Origin: a virus
Lineage: Duplodnaviria; Caudoviricetes
Virus record (IMG/VR): IMGVR_UViG_3300014000_000001
Span: 168,791-232,790 of that record
Length of the DNA: 64,000 nt
Reading direction: 5' to 3' (one strand)
The notes under the pieces are model-generated. The model was not told the origin of the DNA and ran no database searches. It saw only the letters and a list, made by a program, of their open reading frames with translations. The position numbers and the translations under genes were made by a program. Every line of letters begins with the position of its first letter. Position 1 is the stretch's first letter. Positions 39,201 to 48,999 of this stretch are shown piece by piece.

Positions 39201-41802
39201 AACAGGAAACACTACACCATTTAAACTTAAGAATGACTCCACTCCACCTAGTGTGGTGATTGAGGCTTATAGTGATAGTGGGCGTACCACTCAAGCGACT
39301 AGCTTAGATGAGGGTAAAACCTATTATGGTCGAGTGAAAATCACAAACCCGAACCCTAAAACAGTATTAGCTGTAAACAACCCATTTGCTAGTGAAACGA
39401 CGAAAACGGGAACAGAGAAATTCGTTGGGCGTGATCAAAATCTGGTGATTCATAGCACCTCTAATAAAGTTGCTAAGGTTATTAATCCAGTCAATGATTA
39501 CACTGTGGATATTTATGATTTTAGTTTCAGTTTGGTAAATGATAGAACCACGAATTCCAATCAACGTTGGTTAAGGTTGGTGGCTTTAGCAGATACGGTG
39601 AACTCTTCATTGGCACTTAATGCAGTTTATCCAAACGATGATGTTGTGGGTAATGCGGGCATTTACAGAGCTTTACTTGATTTGAAGATCAATGATATTT
39701 CTAAGACAGCAACATTAGGTTTCCAATATTTAAACAGCGGCGGTTCTTCTGTTACAACCCTCAATGAGGGAGATGTAATGAAAGTAAGAATGAATTACAC
39801 CAATGCAACTGTTGGGGATCAATATTACCTAACATTAGATTCAACGTCTGCAGTTGATCTTACTCGGTTTGAGTATCACGATTTCGAAACTCGGAAAACA
39901 GCAACTGCAACAAGTGGTACCTTAGAGTGGAGTTTTAAATTTCTAAATAACCGTTTTACTAACGGGGATAAGATTCTTAAAATTGACTGTATGAATGAAA
40001 CAGGAAATATCAAATATGATCTTCCTGATTTTACGTTAGTCGACACCTCTAAAACACCATCTATTGATATTAGTTGGGGTTATGAAAGTGCTTTAATTAC
40101 CTCAGTAAAAGAAGTTACGAATAATAGCCCCTATACCATTACGGTGGTTGTTGATAATGCCACAAGTTCAGAACAAGTCACACTACAAAACATTGGTGGT
40201 AGACCATTAACTGATTTTGCATCACATGAGTTTAATACCTCAAAAGCAACAACGTTAGTAAGTGATAATCGTTATCAAGCTGTGTTCAATTTCAAAATGA
40301 AACCGAACATGAAAGATGATACAGTTAATACGATCAATGTACGTGCGACGACTTCCAGCTCACCAACTGTGACTAAGGATTCTAGTATTACTGTTTTAGA
40401 CACCTCTAGAACCAGAAGTATCACTAAAACTGAATGGAGAAATTCAGCCAGTCCAAACGGTGGAAGTATCATTACATCGGTAAACGAAGGCCAAGCTGCT
40501 TATCTTCATGTTTACACTACAGGTGGTGAGGACATTTACGGGTTAAAACTCACTAACAATGGCGGGCGTAGCGCTTCTCGTTTAGCGCAAGGAACGTACG
40601 ATAGTATTGCCAATCGAACAGGTTCAGATACTGCGGCAGTAGTCTGGTATTTCAGTCCTGCATTAGATGGTCTTACTAACAATGGAGATGAAACTCGTTT
40701 ACGGGTTAAGGTTGAAATCGCCGATGATTCCACTAAGAACATATCTGCAGAGTTACCTATCAATGATGTATCTGTGGATACCACTGGCGTGTTCTTAACT
40801 GGGAGTGGAGACACTGTTGACGAAGGTACTGCTTACAATGTTGCTGCTCGTTTAGACCGTATGGCGGTTGGGGTCACTTTTAGAATGCGTGCGACAACAG
40901 CTCATGGGATTGACTTATCAGGTTCTAGTGCGAACTGGAAGAGTATGGGAAGCGGAGTTTATCAATATGATTTCTCAACTTCAACTTATCAAGAAACTTT
41001 TAATGTGACTAATTTACCACTTAAAATTTCTGCAGATAGTAAAATTACTCCTAGTAATGAGTTGAGTATTTTATACGAATTAATTGATGTAACTAAGAAC
41101 CGTGTACTTGCAACCCGTACGGTTACGATTAATGATACTTCTAAACCAAACCCAGAGTATAGTATTAAATTAGTTGCAACAAATAATGCGAATGCCCCAG
41201 CTATCAGTAGTATGAAAGAGGGGGAGACTGCTTATATTGTGGTCACTACAAAATACTTCACAGGTCAGTTGAATATTGCTTATAGTGGGCAAAGTAGCAC
41301 TAATGCCAACACACCATTAGTACCACCAGATATGACTGCGACTCGTTATTTTGATATCACCGAGTATAATGGTCAATCTGTAGTCTTACCGTTTAGAACT
41401 CAAAAAGATGAAAGTTGGAACAATGGCGGTAACAGTACTATCGTGTTGAAGAATTCTAGTTTTAATTCTTTGGCTTCAGTTGGTTTCACTATTGTGGAAA
41501 ACTCAATCCCTGCTTCATTTGGGTCAGTTTATTGGGCATCAGACGCAGCAGGTGTAAATGTACTCTCTAACCAAACCTGCAGTGAAGGTGATACAGTTTA
41601 TTTGATTGCTAAAACTGTCGGAATGGAACCTGGAGTTCCAATCAATGTTAGTTGGGGTGGTTCAACCACTAATGCTGATGACTTCAGTGAGGGAAGTACC
41701 GCGTCACCTGTAGCACTTTATGTAACGAACTACAACGCTAATGACTTTACTGGCATGGTGGTGTACAAGATGACGCTTAAAAATGATCTACGTTTAGGTT
41801 AA
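36289..41802 (+). CDS. Giant fibre A: baseplate anchor plus 13 Calx-beta/Ig-like repeats, last one incomplete
   Basis: Repeats of the form NEG...D..TEG...I.DTS; ends KNDLRLG*; ATG 36289 with GGAG RBS. Confidence 0.8.
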   Translation: MTFDPRHEIGEDYEGVSPRHSQVNEVREFTNDSNTRLFMPDCGPFYKNSLSIKNIADGKPLVQDIDYRCLIMDDVATEKSGKEVCGFIEVLDTNISSVIYDYRFVGGGHSTGYFVLRHLMQMYPDGINAITEWSNILNLPTEFDPSYHTHHVREIFNTEQMLIWLERIRCGVIEFYTENFKAIYDAAQTRIDNLYNKLDTEYVKITNEILAIFNKLKIQGEEYILTDNATNPASERGYGNWVLVKNTILYGAANTFVVGTGTLMALGSEQLIRNTYIWKNVENKTQPSYSLTADKQAINEGDSITFTIKALNTGVSSMALDWEIVGADALDIVGGLATGKVTLTGSNASTVTVTFAKDRRTEGDKTYYFKIRNVADLDVAFVVNDTSVTQTVGLEFRKTNIGAVSSILEDDTVTLAINTVGFNGKTLNLTWSGLTNADFSQPPPTSVAITSNTTLLELKTVGNLKADGDRILKVEARDAADTSYLAASAQVLVKDTSLSLEASISFIVNGLLTTTVNEGNNFNIRINTNGGVGRKLRLEYSSNKQLTEFSGLLEQVTIQTGNVVEITAQHHENNATALVQEYLRVKVFDVNTNIQLDDKILQFKDTSLTPNYVSYFSSDAAGTNEITEVNEGSKFYFIMKVANWVPGADLPTNDFNYLLNGVTQTLPNLQARITNGFYNRLIFGGTNNKTGVTWSGGNQLAIEFTAVADQKVSGDTDFSVQVKPIAVANWEITRSIRINDTSIAAITAQWSSAQNTLVPISSIDEMNSVGENKTAWLWLGTTGDLRGLGDLQLDVSGNIQEDDFVTTFPITTKFTAVNQTLKIPVTVRADFTTEGTESFTLTASYQTNKGLRRNFASAYLTVNDNSNELPLSVALSGTNNDVAGYSEWKPITVTVTSAVLAYATNVTALIQYEDGSDATERFQQIALTGSHPANSSTMNLTLIPKANRKTYSKNNFKITTIRNLSDGTQISTGNTTPFKLKNDSTPPSVVIEAYSDSGRTTQATSLDEGKTYYGRVKITNPNPKTVLAVNNPFASETTKTGTEKFVGRDQNLVIHSTSNKVAKVINPVNDYTVDIYDFSFSLVNDRTTNSNQRWLRLVALADTVNSSLALNAVYPNDDVVGNAGIYRALLDLKINDISKTATLGFQYLNSGGSSVTTLNEGDVMKVRMNYTNATVGDQYYLTLDSTSAVDLTRFEYHDFETRKTATATSGTLEWSFKFLNNRFTNGDKILKIDCMNETGNIKYDLPDFTLVDTSKTPSIDISWGYESALITSVKEVTNNSPYTITVVVDNATSSEQVTLQNIGGRPLTDFASHEFNTSKATTLVSDNRYQAVFNFKMKPNMKDDTVNTINVRATTSSSPTVTKDSSITVLDTSRTRSITKTEWRNSASPNGGSIITSVNEGQAAYLHVYTTGGEDIYGLKLTNNGGRSASRLAQGTYDSIANRTGSDTAAVVWYFSPALDGLTNNGDETRLRVKVEIADDSTKNISAELPINDVSVDTTGVFLTGSGDTVDEGTAYNVAARLDRMAVGVTFRMRATTAHGIDLSGSSANWKSMGSGVYQYDFSTSTYQETFNVTNLPLKISADSKITPSNELSILYELIDVTKNRVLATRTVTINDTSKPNPEYSIKLVATNNANAPAISSMKEGETAYIVVTTKYFTGQLNIAYSGQSSTNANTPLVPPDMTATRYFDITEYNGQSVVLPFRTQKDESWNNGGNSTIVLKNSSFNSLASVGFTIVENSIPASFGSVYWASDAAGVNVLSNQTCSEGDTVYLIAKTVGMEPGVPINVSWGGSTTNADDFSEGSTASPVALYVTNYNANDFTGMVVYKMTLKNDLRLG

Positions 41803-41808
41803 ATAAAG

Positions 41809-41838
41809 AATCCGAAGGAGCCTAGGCTCCTTCGGATT
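41809..41838. repeat. CCTAGG-centred perfect palindrome (30 bp), followed by TATG at 41842
   Basis: aatccgaaggagcctaggctccttcggatt. Confidence 0.85.
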
Positions 41839-41876
41839 TCCTATGAACACATCTATTTACTAATAGAGATAAGACT

Positions 41877-44800
41877 ATGCTAAACGAAAATGCAATAGAG
41901 GATTTCCAAGGAACGGATATTTCTCACTTCATTCCAAACGAAGTACGTAAAAATATTAACCTTCAAATTGAACGCGTGATTATCCCTGCTTATGGCTCGT
42001 TTTTAGTACATACTTTAAAGCCTAGGCACATCAATACTAAGTTACCTTTAACTCGCGGTAAAGACTATGAGATTTTATCTATTGATGAAAGAGCAACATT
42101 AAAAGCAGGCCGTGAAGTTGCACATGGTTTTGTGCTAATAAATGAAAACATCCCAGGGGTTGAATACGATTATCACTTTATCGGTGGTTTATATTCTAAT
42201 GGTAAGTACTTGATGGATGAAGTGAAGAAACGTTATCCAAATGGTATTACACCTAACTTCGTTTTTGATTATATTAAAGGTAAACCAGAAACCTATCCAG
42301 CAAAAGACCATATACATTCTGCTCATGACACCTATGGTTATGATGGCGTTAATAAACAGCTTGATCGGGTAATCCACGGAATCGAACGTGGGGCGGATAC
42401 TAACTTAGCAAATATCTATATCCGTGCATCAGATAAACTCGCTGAGATGGAAACCACAACCACGAACGATATTAATACAATTCGTCAGAAACTTACAGAT
42501 GCATTTGAAGCACTGAGAGTACAACAAGGTGAGTACATCTTTACTGATTCTTTGGATAATCCATCGATTCTTCGAGGGTATGGAACATGGGTGCGTGTCA
42601 CCAATACTATCTTGAAAGGCGCACAATCTGATATTATCGTGGGTGATGGTACATTGCTCTTAAAAGGGAATGAGCAACCTTTACGTAACACTTATATCTG
42701 GATGAATAAAGATAGCATTGTTGCGCCAACATATACCCTATCTATCCAAGGTGTAACTAAGACCAACAATAAATGGCCTGTGAATGAAAACACAACTTTT
42801 AAAGTTTTAATTCAAACCACAGGGATTGCAAAGAACACAAAACTTGCTTGGTTAATCACTGGTATCGATGATCAATACATTGATGCAAGTGTATCTAAGA
42901 TGACTGGAGAGTTTGTTATCAATGATCTAGGTCAAGCAACGGTTGATGTGCGATTACTTGATAACCCTAATGAGCTTGGCAATCGTGAATGTGTGTTCAT
43001 GTTGGAACATATCGCAAATACTAGCTTAAACATCTTGGTTCAAGATACCATTCGTGCTAAATGGGTGGAGATGTTCTTTAGCCATGATAACTTAGGTAAA
43101 GTTAAAGCTGTGCGCATCAATGAGGGTGAGATCGTTTATCTGCAATTGAAGTTCTACGGTTATAGCGTGGGTGAGGACATTTATTTAGATTGGTCACAAA
43201 GTACCGTATTAAGTAATGAGTTTGAAATTGTACCCCCGTCTCTTTTATCTGCAACCGCATCAACTATGACAGTGGCGTTAAAGGTAAAAGCAAATCAATT
43301 AACTGATGGCGAGCGATCTTTAATTGTTTATTCTAAGAATGCCCCTTTAGATGCTGTGAGTAGTACGGATTCCGTGGCTTATGTTTTTGTTCAGGATAGT
43401 TCAGTTTCAACCAATGTGAATATTGATTTTAAATCCACAACTGGAACCATTCTTACTAGCCTTAGTGAGGGCGATACATTTAGTATTAGCCTAACCACCT
43501 TACTCCCTAAAGATAGCGTGTTGGAATTGATTTATGAAACCAGTAAATCCTTAGATGAATTCACTGGGTTACAATCAACAGTAACAATTGATGTTAACGG
43601 TAAAGCCTCCTTTAATGTCACAAATGCAGTAGACTTCTTAACCAATGAAGGGGTGCAGCTGTTCAAAGTAACTGCCCGTTATCAAGGACAAGATGTATCG
43701 ACAAATAGTATTATTATTAAAGATACATCACAAACCCCGAAGTACACTATGACTATCACCGCACCAAATAGCACAACTCCAATTGCTAAAGTCAATGAAG
43801 GGGATGATTTCTGGGTGCGTTTAGCTGTTGCGGGTTGGGTAAATACTCCGTACCCTCCAACGATTGTATTTAACTATGGGTTAAATGATGATTATTCAGC
43901 CAATTCAAAAGTGCGTGATCGGGTAAACTCATCATTTCATGATCGACTACCTTATTCCAATGCCGCAGGAAGTTATAATGATGTTAGTTGGGTAAATGGT
44001 GCAGAGCTTATCTTAAAGATGACTGCAATTGCTGATCGTAAATTCAGTGGAAATGCAAAATTCAATGTAAGTATGAAGCAAAGTAATATGGATCAATTCC
44101 TATTACAATCATCTGTACAGATCATGGATACTTCTGTTTTAGATATTGCAACTGCTTGGTCAAGCTCAGGAGTGATTCTAAATCCAATTACCCAAGTCAA
44201 TGAAATGCAAACAGATGGTAGTAACAATACATTCTATTTGTGGATGGATGTTGATGGGGATGGGTCTTTATTTAATGACATCACTATCAACGCTACAGGT
44301 AGTGCAACTGCAAGCGACTTCGTTACAGTATTCCCATCTGTGGTAAACTTTGATACAGGTAAATCCAGAAAGATATTTGCTATTACTTTATTGTCTGACT
44401 TCTTAAATGAAGGGAATGAATCATTAACATTATATGGTACTTATGTTGATGTAAACGGTAAAGTTACAGAAGTGTTCAGAACTAGCATTACGATCATTGA
44501 TAACTCAATTCTAGTACCGCTTGACGTTAAACTCTCGACCTCGAATACCGACCCTGATGCAGCACCATCAGGTGGTAAGTTTTCTGAGTATGGCGTGATC
44601 TACGCGCATGTAACCTTTCCAGCTTATGTGATGAATACCAACATTGAATGGGATGTATGGACGCTAACAGGAACTGCAGCTAACGGGCAGGTTACTCCAG
44701 TGAACGGTGTGGTGAACGCTCCAACAGGAAGCTCAGGTGTGGTGATTCAGATCAATCCTATTGCCGATCGTTTACAAGATGGGGAATTTAAAGGTCTGAT

Positions 44801-47426
44801 TAAAGCTCGACGTCGTTTGGTTTCAGGGAATAAGATTATCGGGATGAATGAGAATATTCCATTTACCCTTTTGGATGACTCTGTACCAATGACAATTGTC
44901 ACTAAAACCTATAAGGATGCTGCTCGAACCCAAGAGAGTACAATCTTTAATGAGGGTGATATCGTTTACGGTCGCACAGTGGTAAGTAACCCAAGCGGGG
45001 ACTATTTTCTCACCAACAATATCACTACAGGTAACAACGACACCACAGATGCAACCTATACCTATTTAGGTGCAACTGGAACTGTAGTCACTTATGCTGA
45101 TCAGCAGAAAGTGAAAAAGGTATTTAGCGCAGTTGCGGGTGTGGTGAGTTACACGGATGATTTTGCAATCACTCTTAGACGTAACCGAACCACTCAAGCT
45201 AAACCACAAGTAATTAAGGTAGGTGGTATTGTTTGGAAGAATACGGGTAATTGGGTTGTTGGAAACACTTACCCATCCGTGTGGGATGATACCCAACTTA
45301 ACTCAGTGAAAACAATCACCGTAAATGACTCTTCCAAAACCCCTAGCTATGTTGTAAACGCAGGCTTAACTGAAAACTCAGCGCGAGCTGATAACTTTGA
45401 TGAAGGGTTAGCTTTTGTTGTTTCTTTGAACATTAGTGATGGTGAAATTGGAGATGTTTATACTCTAACAAAGACAGGTAACTTTGAACAAGAGCGGCTA
45501 GAGGTGAGCCAATATGGTGTTGAACAAGTAACCAACGCCTATAACCAACGCTTAAGTTGGAATTTCAAATCGTATATTGGTCGTAACACCAATACTTGGA
45601 CAACTTTAGGTTTTGATGTTTGGAATAAAACCACAGGCCTTAAGATTGGACATATTGATGTCAACATCAATGATATTTACAAAACTCCAACCTTACAAAT
45701 GCGTTGGATGATTGGTACAACTGATTACGCTGTGGATATCGATGAGGGTGATTCTCGCTATGAAGTTGTAGTTACTGGTGATCAATATTTGTTAGGTGAT
45801 GAAGCTATTAAGTTAAGCATTGTTTCTGGACGCCCACTTGCAAAATATGGCAACTCCGCTAATTTTGATAAATGGTATCCAGTAAATATTGTAAATGGTG
45901 TCCCTACAGTTCGTATCCCTGTTTATCCGTTGGCAGATAAATACACCAACCCGGCAGCGGAATTGATCGCAAACCTAAAGGCTGTTACTTCGGTTACCAA
46001 TGCTTCAGTTACTTTATCTCGTGCAATCAATGATAATTCCCAAACCCGCGCATACACTCTAGTGGGGTGGTATTATCCAGGTGGGACAACTCCAATCTCT
46101 TCAGTAAATGAAGGTGATACGGTTGAGATGCGGGTTAAGGTCACGGGAGGTACTGATATTGTTCCAGTTAAACTCACTAACAACGGTGGTAGAACCGAAT
46201 ACATCACCCACGAGTACGGTGTGACTAAATCGAGAACTTCTGATAATGCTGAATTGACTTGGACGTTCACTATCGGGAAGGATTTTAGAGATGCTACAGG
46301 TGATCAGATGCGACTACGAGTTAATCTTGAGATCACCGATACTTCGAGTACAACACGAACTGAAACCCTACCAATTAATAACACCAGCGTTGCGTCAGCG
46401 GGTGCGTGTAATTTCTACGCTAGTGGTACATCTACAGTAATTACTTCAATAAAAGAAGGAAGTAATTTTGATGCAAACTTCCAACTGAGTAAGTGGAACA
46501 CTGGTAGTAATTATCGCTGTTTAACTAAGTCCTCAAGAAACGGAACAGAGTGGAAAGTAGATTCAACCAGTATAGGTAGTAATTGGACAACCTCAGGTTC
46601 AAATAAGGTAATTAAGTTCCCATTATCTGTTAATGGAGATTCAACCACAAATACAGGTGGGGAACTTTATATCACTTCTGAACTTTGGGATATGGATGCG
46701 GGTCGTTTATTAGCGAGTAGTTCACTCACTATTATCGATATATCTCGTGAACCTTTAAGCACTAACGATATGCGAATTGCAGCAGTAGGTGGAACTGCAC
46801 AGATTTCCCAAATTAATGAAGGGAATACCGTAAGGCTCTATTTCTTACCAAGTTGTTTTGCGGGCACGGATTGGTCTGACAGTAAGCAATTTTATTGGTG
46901 GTTAGGTAATCCAGGCGGTGGAGCTAATTCCAAGTTCGCCGATGGCTATATCCCTCAATCAAGTTTAGCGGGTGATGGATCGTATAGCGTTAATGTTCCA
47001 ATTCCAGCAAATGAAAGTACCGATGGTGATCGTACAGTTAGAATTGAACTCTATGAAATGTTTGGTTCTGGTAACGGTACTTACTTTAGAGGTAACTCTG
47101 CTAATTGTGTAATTAAAGATACATCTATTACACCATCAATTGATCAGGTCTACTGGGCGTGGGACTCTGCTGGAGGTAATCCAATTTCGGTCAACGGATC
47201 AGCCAATGAAGGTGACACAGTTTATCTGATTGTACAAGGTAAAGGTCTAGCTAACAATGGTGCAGATGTGACGGTAAGTTTGAATTGGGACGGCACAGCA
47301 TCTGCAGCAGATTTTGATACAACTCTCCCATCCTCTGTTACATGTAAACAATATACCACTGGTAGCACAACTTACTATCTTGGTTCCGTTCAGGTGAAAA
47401 TCAAAGCAGATGGAGTTGAAGGTTAA
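41877..47426 (+). CDS. Giant fibre B, full-length paralogue of fibre A; last Calx-beta/Ig-like repeat incomplete
   Basis: Collinear with fibre A (e.g. NP...RGYG.WV.V.NTIL.G...SEQ/NEQ..RNTYIW); ends KIKADGVEG*. Confidence 0.8.
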   Translation: MLNENAIEDFQGTDISHFIPNEVRKNINLQIERVIIPAYGSFLVHTLKPRHINTKLPLTRGKDYEILSIDERATLKAGREVAHGFVLINENIPGVEYDYHFIGGLYSNGKYLMDEVKKRYPNGITPNFVFDYIKGKPETYPAKDHIHSAHDTYGYDGVNKQLDRVIHGIERGADTNLANIYIRASDKLAEMETTTTNDINTIRQKLTDAFEALRVQQGEYIFTDSLDNPSILRGYGTWVRVTNTILKGAQSDIIVGDGTLLLKGNEQPLRNTYIWMNKDSIVAPTYTLSIQGVTKTNNKWPVNENTTFKVLIQTTGIAKNTKLAWLITGIDDQYIDASVSKMTGEFVINDLGQATVDVRLLDNPNELGNRECVFMLEHIANTSLNILVQDTIRAKWVEMFFSHDNLGKVKAVRINEGEIVYLQLKFYGYSVGEDIYLDWSQSTVLSNEFEIVPPSLLSATASTMTVALKVKANQLTDGERSLIVYSKNAPLDAVSSTDSVAYVFVQDSSVSTNVNIDFKSTTGTILTSLSEGDTFSISLTTLLPKDSVLELIYETSKSLDEFTGLQSTVTIDVNGKASFNVTNAVDFLTNEGVQLFKVTARYQGQDVSTNSIIIKDTSQTPKYTMTITAPNSTTPIAKVNEGDDFWVRLAVAGWVNTPYPPTIVFNYGLNDDYSANSKVRDRVNSSFHDRLPYSNAAGSYNDVSWVNGAELILKMTAIADRKFSGNAKFNVSMKQSNMDQFLLQSSVQIMDTSVLDIATAWSSSGVILNPITQVNEMQTDGSNNTFYLWMDVDGDGSLFNDITINATGSATASDFVTVFPSVVNFDTGKSRKIFAITLLSDFLNEGNESLTLYGTYVDVNGKVTEVFRTSITIIDNSILVPLDVKLSTSNTDPDAAPSGGKFSEYGVIYAHVTFPAYVMNTNIEWDVWTLTGTAANGQVTPVNGVVNAPTGSSGVVIQINPIADRLQDGEFKGLIKARRRLVSGNKIIGMNENIPFTLLDDSVPMTIVTKTYKDAARTQESTIFNEGDIVYGRTVVSNPSGDYFLTNNITTGNNDTTDATYTYLGATGTVVTYADQQKVKKVFSAVAGVVSYTDDFAITLRRNRTTQAKPQVIKVGGIVWKNTGNWVVGNTYPSVWDDTQLNSVKTITVNDSSKTPSYVVNAGLTENSARADNFDEGLAFVVSLNISDGEIGDVYTLTKTGNFEQERLEVSQYGVEQVTNAYNQRLSWNFKSYIGRNTNTWTTLGFDVWNKTTGLKIGHIDVNINDIYKTPTLQMRWMIGTTDYAVDIDEGDSRYEVVVTGDQYLLGDEAIKLSIVSGRPLAKYGNSANFDKWYPVNIVNGVPTVRIPVYPLADKYTNPAAELIANLKAVTSVTNASVTLSRAINDNSQTRAYTLVGWYYPGGTTPISSVNEGDTVEMRVKVTGGTDIVPVKLTNNGGRTEYITHEYGVTKSRTSDNAELTWTFTIGKDFRDATGDQMRLRVNLEITDTSSTTRTETLPINNTSVASAGACNFYASGTSTVITSIKEGSNFDANFQLSKWNTGSNYRCLTKSSRNGTEWKVDSTSIGSNWTTSGSNKVIKFPLSVNGDSTTNTGGELYITSELWDMDAGRLLASSSLTIIDISREPLSTNDMRIAAVGGTAQISQINEGNTVRLYFLPSCFAGTDWSDSKQFYWWLGNPGGGANSKFADGYIPQSSLAGDGSYSVNVPIPANESTDGDRTVRIELYEMFGSGNGTYFRGNSANCVIKDTSITPSIDQVYWAWDSAGGNPISVNGSANEGDTVYLIVQGKGLANNGADVTVSLNWDGTASAADFDTTLPSSVTCKQYTTGSTTYYLGSVQVKIKADGVEG

Positions 47427-47429
47427 TAA

Positions 47430-47449
47430 AAGGTGGGGAAACCCACCTT
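47430..47449 (+). terminator. Short GAAA-loop hairpin
   Basis: aaggtggg-gaaa-cccacctt. Confidence 0.55.
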
Positions 47450-47468
47450 CTAATTTAGGAATCTAAAC

Positions 47469-48965
47469 ATGGCAATTAATGAAACAATTACTGCGACAGC
47501 TTCTTTAACTACTTCTGGTGGGAAGAATTTAAGTTTACGTGGAAATACCTTAACCATTAACGATACATCAAATAACGATATAGTTATTGATATTACTAAA
47601 GACTGGAAAACCTCGGCAGCATCAAGTGCTTATGGTGGTTTATACATTAAACCTACATTAAATTTATCAAACGAAGTAAAAGCTCGTTTCGGTGGGTTTG
47701 AATCAGGTAAGCGTTATATTTTTAGAATCGCGAGTGATGTGGTGCTTTTAGCAAATAGCACATCAGCTCAAGCGATAATGGATGGAGATTGGCCATCCAC
47801 GATTGAAAACCCAAGAGTGGAAAACTATGGCTTGATTATGGGGCGTGGTGGTAATAATGGTGTGGGGGGTGGTTTGAATGGACGTAATAGTTATTACACG
47901 CCTAAAATTAAACCAACGGTTGGAGGTAGTGCGATCGGTAGTATTAGCGCCCCTATATTAGTAAACAATTATGGTGGGATATGCTCGGGTGGTGGTGGTG
48001 CTGGGTCAAACACTGAGTATTCTCAATATTCTAAGATCAGTGGTAGTAATCAGGATTATTACTCCGTAATGATAGCTGCAATTGCATCAGGTGCAGGTGC
48101 TCCTTTTGGGGTCACAACGCGTGATATTAACGTCCATAATGATATTGTGATAATGAATCAGGCTATGCCTTGGTTCAGTGGGCGTTCAGCAACATTTAAT
48201 AGTAATGAGTTAGTTACTCCCTACAATGCTAACCTTAACTACGTTAAATATGTAACTATTCGAGTAAACTACCAGGATAACACACTAACGTTGACGGATA
48301 CCAAAATCAACAACACTCGAAGTTTTAATGTTCAATCTTACCCACAGTGGTGGGCTGATCGCAGAAACGCGGGTAATGGTCCAGAAATCGGCTATCTTTT
48401 CAACTATAAACAAAATAACACCAAGAATTATCGACCACCGTATAATGGGGACCCAGCAGATCAAGGTGGTTATTTGGATAGCGTTACTCCTGCAGGGTTG
48501 TTTAGGGGAGGTCGTGGAGGTAATCCAGAAGTGAATTTAATGTTTGACCTATATCTTATGCGTTTTATACCGTGTATGACTCCAGCACAGTCACAAGTTT
48601 GGCGTGATCGTTGGCGTGGCGCTAATGGTGGGGATGTTGGCAAGTCAGGTAATGCTGGAATCAATACCCCTCTTTGGACGATGAACTATCAATCTGCCAA
48701 TAGAGCCAATTATCGTTATTTAGAGGGAGCTCAAGGAACCATGTGGGGTGTGGGCGCTACCGCAGATAACTACTATTATGGAACCACTGATGGTGGGGCT
48801 GCGGCAGGCCCATTGACTATTGGTAACGTCACTATTAATAATCTAAATGGGGGTGTTACTGGAGGTGACGCTGTACTGGACAAATACGACCCTAACGGGA
48901 CGTTTGATGTTAACGCTCGAGCCGCTGCAAATAATGTAACTTTAGAATTTCCATGCATCTATTAA
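47469..48965 (+). CDS. T-even gp38-like polyglycine adhesin with an N-terminal Calx-beta F-G strand segment
   Basis: GRGGNNG, NNYGGICSGGGGAG, GAGAPFG, GGRGG, GGDVG and GGAAAG in gp38-like order; AGGA RBS. Confidence 0.75.
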   Translation: MAINETITATASLTTSGGKNLSLRGNTLTINDTSNNDIVIDITKDWKTSAASSAYGGLYIKPTLNLSNEVKARFGGFESGKRYIFRIASDVVLLANSTSAQAIMDGDWPSTIENPRVENYGLIMGRGGNNGVGGGLNGRNSYYTPKIKPTVGGSAIGSISAPILVNNYGGICSGGGGAGSNTEYSQYSKISGSNQDYYSVMIAAIASGAGAPFGVTTRDINVHNDIVIMNQAMPWFSGRSATFNSNELVTPYNANLNYVKYVTIRVNYQDNTLTLTDTKINNTRSFNVQSYPQWWADRRNAGNGPEIGYLFNYKQNNTKNYRPPYNGDPADQGGYLDSVTPAGLFRGGRGGNPEVNLMFDLYLMRFIPCMTPAQSQVWRDRWRGANGGDVGKSGNAGINTPLWTMNYQSANRANYRYLEGAQGTMWGVGATADNYYYGTTDGGAAAGPLTIGNVTINNLNGGVTGGDAVLDKYDPNGTFDVNARAAANNVTLEFPCIY

Positions 48966-48969
48966 TTTT

Positions 48970-48999
48970 AATTCAATGGAGCCTAGGCTCCATTGAATT
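48970..48999. repeat. CCTAGG-centred perfect palindrome (30 bp), followed by TATG at 49001
   Basis: aattcaatggagcctaggctccattgaatt. Confidence 0.85.

Noticed and set aside
47421-47471. T4 gene 60-like ribosomal bypass or readthrough fusing fibre B to the adhesin (same frame, 42-nt gap, hairpin)
   Set aside because: Three in-frame TAA stops, no matching in-frame landing codon and a dedicated AGGA RBS; the second tip gene is far from any fibre. Not formally excluded without proteomics
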